Below are positions 60,001 through 64,000 of a stretch of 64,000 nucleotides of DNA, piece by piece. Source of the stretch: a virus; the IMG/VR virus record IMGVR_UViG_3300028607_003725, positions 12,011 to 76,010 of that record; one strand, given 5' to 3'. How positions within the stretch are numbered: position 1 is the stretch's first letter; every line of letters starts with the position of its first letter. A program made the position numbers and the translations under genes. Under the pieces are notes generated by a model. It was not told where the DNA came from and made no database searches. It saw only the letters and a list, made by a program, of their open reading frames with translations.

Positions 60001-63000
60001 GTTCTTCAGTCAGAGTTTACAGCTTCAGGTGCCCAGACTATGTCTATAACAGCTACTTATCCAGGGGCAACATTTGCCGATGAGAGATCTGATACAATAA
60101 CTATACATAAATTACAATCGGGTTCAGATGTTTTAACTGTATATGGTACTCAACAAGATGCCACTATAACCATGGGACCTGAAGGATTTCCTAATTCTGC
60201 AGAGCTAGTTCCCACTCGTTCTTTCATAAAAGTTTTTAGAGGATCAGAGGAAATGCCTTATCAATGGAATGGGCCTAGTGGTGGAAATCTGGGCTGTAAT
60301 CAACCAGGAAGTTGGGAAGCTATAAACACTTACTGTATTTGGGCAGGGCCATCTGGTGACTGGTCTGGTCCAGGAGGAGCAGGATCTACAGGATCTGCTT
60401 TTAGTATAGGAGCTACAGGATTAGTAGAAAATTTGTTATCAGATGAGTATCCTTCTAGCATGCTGCAGGCCAATGACATTGAAGCTGATCAATTATCCTA
60501 TTATCTATGGATAAGATATACAGATAATAATAGTAGTCAAGTTGATGTTCCAATACAACATACTGTAAGTATAGTTAGAGCTGGTCAAGATGGTTCTCAT
60601 GCAAAATCAATTAATGTTTATACAGATTCTGACTTCTTTACACAATCGGCAAGTGGAACCGTTTCTCCAGAGTATATTATTGTTAGAGCTGGACTACAGA
60701 ATATTACTAACGATGGAGTCTGGAATATATCTGCAGGATCATCGTCAGCTAGCTGTCCAGAGATTTCATGTGCTACAGGAGGAATTACAGCACCATATAT
60801 AGCTATAGGAGCTTCTGGAGATTTTTCTGACGGCATGACGGTATCTTACCAAAGTGAGGGTGTAGTAGATATAGTAACCTTGCACAAACTTATAGACGGA
60901 GCTAATAGTGTATCAGGCTTCTTAACTAATGAAGCATACACTGCTCCAGCGGACTCAGATGGAGGAAATACAGATCTCTCTGGGGCAATAGGACAATTTA
61001 AAGTATATGATGGTATTATAGAAAAAACACAATCTATGTCTGTAAATTATAACTACACCGGTAGTGTAGATGGAATATTTTTTACAAGTGGAGTAAGTGT
61101 ACTTTATGGAAATGCGGAATGTGACATAGGATCTACTGGTTTATACACTTGTATTGCTACTGTTTCTGGTGCAACGTTTGAGGATTCTGGAATAGAATTT
61201 TTAGCACAATATAATAATGTAAATTTAAGAAAAACTTTTAATATAAATAAGAGTTCAGCAGGTCAATCAGCTTTTACGATCTTTCTAACTAATGAAAATC
61301 ATACTTACTCTGGATTATCGGGGGTTCCTCTGACATCTCAACAGATGTTGGCTGGTACTTTTAATGTTAATGTTAAACTAGGAACAACTGCCTATACATA
61401 TTCTGAATCGTCAGGTACTCCTGGTACTTATACTATTGATAATTTAGGAGTTACAGGGGATGCTGGAGCAACAAGTATAGCTGGAGTAACGGGTCTTACA
61501 GACGACGGTAATGATAATTTTCTATTTAAGCCTACACCTGCTGCCGGATCAATTTCCAGTGAAGATGCTATTAAAAATGCAAAGGTTACTTTTAGAATAA
61601 GAGACGGGCATAACACGGCTTTACAATGGAATATGACAGTTTCTTATTCTAAAACTTTAGATGGTATAGATGGAGGGATAGGTCCATCTGGACCTACTGG
61701 ATATACATCACCGACTGTAGCTGCTGTTACACCTGTAACTGATATTATATTATACGATTATGTTGCTCCGGGTACTGGATTAATCCATGGATATGTTGAT
61801 AATACTTATCAAAAATTTAAAATAAGTGATGCATCTTTTAGACCAAGTAATGTCTATATCCCTGGTATATCTAGAGACTGGGAGATTGTATCTATTCCCG
61901 GACATACCCCTGCTCCTAGCGGATCATGGTTGTGTAATGATTCGGACCCCACTAATATTAATACAGTGTGTTGTGGAGGAACAGCTCTTGGTTATAGTTG
62001 TGTAGATGATTTAGAAGATATATGGCTATATCCACAATCATTTATTGTGGATTCATTTCCTATAGGTTTTGGAATTAAATTAACAACAGACGATAGCTCT
62101 ATTAATAGTCCTGCCACTGTTACTACAGAAATACAAGGAATATTAGGACCTGCTGGAGGAGTCACAGATGCTATTATTAATGTAGTAGGTTCAGCAAACA
62201 CATTAGTGTTTGATGAAAGTGGACCTACGTTTTCTGTGACCTTAACAGATGCATCATTTTATTCAGAAGGAGCTACTGCATTTAGATATTGGGAAATTCC
62301 TGATGCATTTACTGGAGCTTCCTTTGGATTTTCTGGAACGTCAGGTACTACTGCTGATGGGGCCGGCTCTGCATCTATTGAGCTGTGGCCAACAGATACT
62401 TCTTCTGTGGGTACCCATGAATTTTCACTGACAGCTAGAAATTGGTCAGGATTTACAGGAGAAGGTACTGATACCTGGAATGTACAAATTATAGATGTAA
62501 CTGCTATAATAGGGCCTACTGGAATTCCTCCTTATGAAGACTATGCTTATACTATTGCATCAGTAGGAGCAACTCCTGCAGGACCTACAGGTTATATTTA
62601 TATAAGTGGGGCTACTCCTGCAGGCTTTACAGCAGATGCAATATGGTCAGCAGAACCCCTAAGTGTGCCTTACCCTGCTCTTCAAAACGAAGCACTTTGG
62701 ATATCTCAAATTACTATTTCAGGAGATACAGGTTATCCTATTACTGGATGGACTGAAGCAATAATAATAGGATATGGAGGTATTGATGGAGTTGATGTAA
62801 GACTTCCCCAGCTTACTTCAAGTGGAAATACATTTCAAACCACAGGAATTAATACAGTTACAGTTACTACTGGATCTAGTCCAGGTAGTTGGAAAATAAA
62901 CTATGATAATTATGATAAGAATAAATCCTTAAGTAGTACATGGAGATGGGGACATGGTCATTTCTTTGCCGCAGGAGGAACTACTGACGGAGCTACACCG

Positions 63001-64000
63001 GGAGCCGGAAATGGTACTAATTTGGCAGTCTTAGGACCGTTTAACTCCAGTTCATTTGGTGCAAGTGGTGACGGAGGAGTTATAAGTAAATTTTATCTAC
63101 CAGGACATAAAAAAATAAGAGTTCATGCAAAATTAAAATTACTAAATGCTTATTGGGATGAAAGCTTCTATGACCTACGTAGTAATTTAAAACTAAAGGT
63201 ATGGAATGCTGAACCAACAGATACTAATGATATAGGACTCTGGGAGTATAATTTAAACCAAGGAGGAACTGCACTTAATTATTGTAAGAATAGTTCCAAT
63301 GAAGAGTTTGGAAAAGGAGGATACTCACACTATCTACGTGCAGGTGGTCCTTTTGAAGAAGCATGGTTCTATTGGTTCGTAGATGGAGATGGAGCAATAG
63401 GACAACCTGGATGGCAAGTTGGTCCTATAGATGGTCCTATAGCAACACGGGACTGGTTTACTATAAACTACAAAAAGGAACATGATCCTACTCCAAACGC
63501 TTCAAATAGTGGAGATGAATATCCATCTGTATGTGATATTGAGATTTCCACAGGATGGTTAGATGGAACAGACTGGGAGTGGTCTCCAACAGGAACTGAT
63601 GAGTCCATTGCTTATTATGTAGCTATAGAGCAAACTGGACCTACTGCTGCATGGTCTAGTAATAGCTATAGTAATGCAGGAGCTTGTTGGGTAATCAGTG
63701 AATTAACTGTTGATTTTATAGATATATTACCAGAATATATCGATATTACTGCCCAGCTATATATCGGAGGAGATCCTTACAATATATATAATATAGTATG
63801 GGATGGCTGGGGAGCTACTTCAACCTACGCTGCCACAGCAACGGCTAGGGTTTTTCATTCAGATATATATTTAGATCAAGAAATATCTGCAGAATTTAAC
63901 GATGCTCCAACAGGAGGAGCATTCTATGAACCTAGTTTAGAGTTAATAGATTTATCAGATACTACTCCTAGTATGGGAGTTGTTACATCTATAAATTATG
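54094..64000 (+). CDS. Giant tail-fibre / host-specificity-like protein, 3'-truncated by window end (>3300 aa); absent from the ORF track
   Basis: ATG at 54094; frame read to the window end with no stop. Fn3/Ig-like motifs (AAQDKAGNYS, YSFYVRSVNTEG, YYYWLSVKDRAGHIS), J-like FLAADLIVGGTL..GMQMFDSSGNLVVRL, CBM5/12-like segment and tandem L[ST]NE / SSQ domains. Confidence 0.85.
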   Translation, partial: MQVTLRGHHRDTFKLAPINTLEDASTFIYGAVDEDGTLTLELELIAWKVWIRPRLSTVFKLASVDVPEVLYYIRTANPFIDSQGVIDLVPTADQTLISILVTDAFNTFPHVRLYDTLRITLIQDNLYFGGPSGPSGPPDLSVFTFDGTETSIPIIHSGSTQDFNYTIDLSGQSFESNGTYESTELLDYYISLSQVSDNLLVFPSDPFTIDSTDPTITPGSIALTSSFSTVATSTSTPSVLLITAGGAMADTLSGMAKVKAQPFIGGSANYQGASAANVGYDQLQISSLSSWDGQALSELEGFSVVVHSSFYNTTGTCTISTSPTPIVVDGNLDITCDEADILGTGVTFSNHTVDFYLLPHGTVDEQIDYWEYDLQYGTGQSYNIQLDLGVPSYWMTIYGAKYGVAIAAQDKAGNYSNGADVDFYPSLTFDPYGLFPPGLAWNFLDGQTGSNVYPNENGWFTSNQLWIDIFLVEVIDNAPAAWIEINEGDPTDDDDWNVANVAPGQGAKYQFQTQGTYSFYVRSVNTEGLATTPYKIEYQWDSIKPTITGVACVSSEYVDCVPPGSNAPISGFNRIYFTWSNSGLSLNDGDPALQGYTGSSSGIESFIIHKSSSLPVVDSNSNPVKSFPAESSTILEDGNLVLIDAGVPYALWNFGLEYQWYLGWENDFLTGPTFLTETESMTQIDLSIYPGHPKPDGTYYVYGTWVNLEPDDITEIATVPTTSEEYTDTSFSLTGTNTTDYYYWLSVKDRAGHISAGTSLKPLPFLLVNSEALHTVPLVPADVDGQLQLVKTILQKDTIGAHGWETYAATSLYGVSVPIGAVSVITDLIYNRVSLYHSKVTAITAIEYYNPNTSGWASVSSPTINGNDVSLGYAVNGAGVNSNSITVDLQVSSLAQIDFGGGWAPENYNFTTGQTVIEYGMTGDGVCTPVGAASLSGCTGDWTLNKHFHDTFIISVDNNNPTITFDPPLPTFNTSVFVLNRIGTLLPSHKTTTVSFTPVDEMYSWRFIVAGNPAADCSGGTFTDEFGCTSDGETWLNKEFETSDFNFDSFLAADLIVGGTLRLETGLSIWSGGYTGGQPQGSGIILDQLGMQMFDSSGNLVVRLDAGAEVGTGGSFKFGSQHSNLSFDTTSGNLLLVGTLTQIMPDPDIPFPMVQRGIWVYDYNTPDGYSPGSIVLWNGGCQNSDQTDEAGCTVAGGNWLGEGDGNYYINSVGGGQTANNSLYPPNAPWDLFAVNAPQSAKVISIHASSQVFVVPSGVTTWALPLYSQIDVDSQGIFPESGDWEIEAIGYIGSTPYSIPLFAGTIGPNFSCNGATCSMTDGLQYTNGTTARLWSAALVRGISIDQAGQYIDHSPERFDYAECSITVVNTVDGATYDDTVTVILADDGSDSFNVILSNESHLVQTFSDGYSYGDWTNSFTVVTLLQGTQVQQETWVAVVDYGPTFDVNSMDYIEVGSSKEIEISYNGSATPTVSVDLTGPNFASTQSIYVDIGVWQTEDDFTADPNNPPVTKTFNISKAIQGQTGSGAQSLSLAASSQFFLFDGSFGVPQNGAAIIDFTAGYLNIDQHTTGWRVKVLDNATGGYIYLPYNDAVWGGNNPQSTSASISVTDFVTEIEGPYTVSEATIQVWDTGPTSFSYDTALYKDELTIHQLFSGADSYNIILSNETYIESSGSVITDITTDIEVNTYHGTSLINSEAIISFSGGPGVTALGTTGSSYIPLPGNIAPTGTFEFRVTLNVEVNNSYAEFAVEHNGQAITTKQFNITRVIDGEVAHVFFLNPESQVIVFDETGTAITPFVNIDAQTSLVTDSNDDIDWFILDAAGATIDSATGGSSGSYIEFVQPDIISVNASGIFQDNFGIFSDKKFKVFAEHQGVTGFSGSSSSDTTTLHLVQEPASVQSFELTQTSESFLYGQDVSEDGPTAIIATVVKTSNLPGLSNFTCSLPLCRENPGGSLIGGGGTAGTALASVKVLQSEFTASGAQTMSITATYPGATFADERSDTITIHKLQSGSDVLTVYGTQQDATITMGPEGFPNSAELVPTRSFIKVFRGSEEMPYQWNGPSGGNLGCNQPGSWEAINTYCIWAGPSGDWSGPGGAGSTGSAFSIGATGLVENLLSDEYPSSMLQANDIEADQLSYYLWIRYTDNNSSQVDVPIQHTVSIVRAGQDGSHAKSINVYTDSDFFTQSASGTVSPEYIIVRAGLQNITNDGVWNISAGSSSASCPEISCATGGITAPYIAIGASGDFSDGMTVSYQSEGVVDIVTLHKLIDGANSVSGFLTNEAYTAPADSDGGNTDLSGAIGQFKVYDGIIEKTQSMSVNYNYTGSVDGIFFTSGVSVLYGNAECDIGSTGLYTCIATVSGATFEDSGIEFLAQYNNVNLRKTFNINKSSAGQSAFTIFLTNENHTYSGLSGVPLTSQQMLAGTFNVNVKLGTTAYTYSESSGTPGTYTIDNLGVTGDAGATSIAGVTGLTDDGNDNFLFKPTPAAGSISSEDAIKNAKVTFRIRDGHNTALQWNMTVSYSKTLDGIDGGIGPSGPTGYTSPTVAAVTPVTDIILYDYVAPGTGLIHGYVDNTYQKFKISDASFRPSNVYIPGISRDWEIVSIPGHTPAPSGSWLCNDSDPTNINTVCCGGTALGYSCVDDLEDIWLYPQSFIVDSFPIGFGIKLTTDDSSINSPATVTTEIQGILGPAGGVTDAIINVVGSANTLVFDESGPTFSVTLTDASFYSEGATAFRYWEIPDAFTGASFGFSGTSGTTADGAGSASIELWPTDTSSVGTHEFSLTARNWSGFTGEGTDTWNVQIIDVTAIIGPTGIPPYEDYAYTIASVGATPAGPTGYIYISGATPAGFTADAIWSAEPLSVPYPALQNEALWISQITISGDTGYPITGWTEAIIIGYGGIDGVDVRLPQLTSSGNTFQTTGINTVTVTTGSSPGSWKINYDNYDKNKSLSSTWRWGHGHFFAAGGTTDGATPGAGNGTNLAVLGPFNSSSFGASGDGGVISKFYLPGHKKIRVHAKLKLLNAYWDESFYDLRSNLKLKVWNAEPTDTNDIGLWEYNLNQGGTALNYCKNSSNEEFGKGGYSHYLRAGGPFEEAWFYWFVDGDGAIGQPGWQVGPIDGPIATRDWFTINYKKEHDPTPNASNSGDEYPSVCDIEISTGWLDGTDWEWSPTGTDESIAYYVAIEQTGPTAAWSSNSYSNAGACWVISELTVDFIDILPEYIDITAQLYIGGDPYNIYNIVWDGWGATSTYAATATARVFHSDIYLDQEISAEFNDAPTGGAFYEPSLELIDLSDTTPSMGVVTSINY

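Larger units (their letters stand above)
1..64000 (+). other. Tail/baseplate morphogenesis module of a large contractile-tailed bacteriophage
   Basis: Continuous plus-strand, tightly coupled ORFs. Order is chaperone-like pair > tape-measure-like giants > hub > spike > gp25-like > baseplate J-like > fibre-like. No cellular housekeeping genes seen. Confidence 0.88.

Noticed and set aside
957-62201. All minus-strand ORFs of 60-128 aa in the track
   Set aside because: They lie antisense to long plus-strand genes, have no recognisable motifs and show shadow-frame composition.
1-64000. Stop-codon reassignment (alternative genetic code)
   Set aside because: Multi-kilobase ORFs are intact under the standard bacterial code, and TAG ends genes at sensible boundaries (33419, 34216, 45720, 52279).
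1-64000. Cellular contractile injection system (eCIS/T6SS) or eukaryotic giant virus origin
   Set aside because: Chaperone > tape-measure > hub > gp25 > J > fibre order, bacterial SD/terminator signals and a polymerase-like cargo fit a phage better. Capsid and terminase genes are outside the window, so this is not formally excluded.
1-64000. tRNA, rRNA, CRISPR arrays, diversity-generating retroelement repeats
   Set aside because: Almost no intergenic space; no cloverleaf, array, reverse transcriptase or template/variable repeat pair noticed by eye.

Overview
AT-rich (roughly one-third GC, by eye), almost fully coding, all plus-strand segment that reads as the tail/baseplate module of a large contractile-tailed (myovirus-like, probably jumbo) phage. 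Order: two paralogous tail-assembly-chaperone-like genes split by a terminator; two giant tape-measure-like proteins (2622 and 2945 aa); a 5143-aa baseplate-hub-like protein; a putative spike; a four-gene accessory island with a ferredoxin; gp25-like and baseplate-J-like genes; a run of baseplate/tail structural genes; and a >3300-codon tail-fibre-like ORF from 54094 that runs off the window and is missing from the supplied ORF track. Main result: the tape-measure-like proteins carry enzyme motifs. The first has an intein, a PD-(D/E)XK nuclease and an ADP-ribosyltransferase-like cassette bracketed by a duplicated GFGSPW motif. The second has DEDDh exonuclease motifs followed by RNA polymerase beta-like and beta'-like (DFDGD) motifs in one chain, suggesting an injected single-chain RNA polymerase plus host-takeover payload. 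Predicted outward-facing proteins are strongly enriched in Gly-Ala-Thr and carry Cys-rich repeats. All product calls come from motifs read by eye and gene context; no database searches were run.
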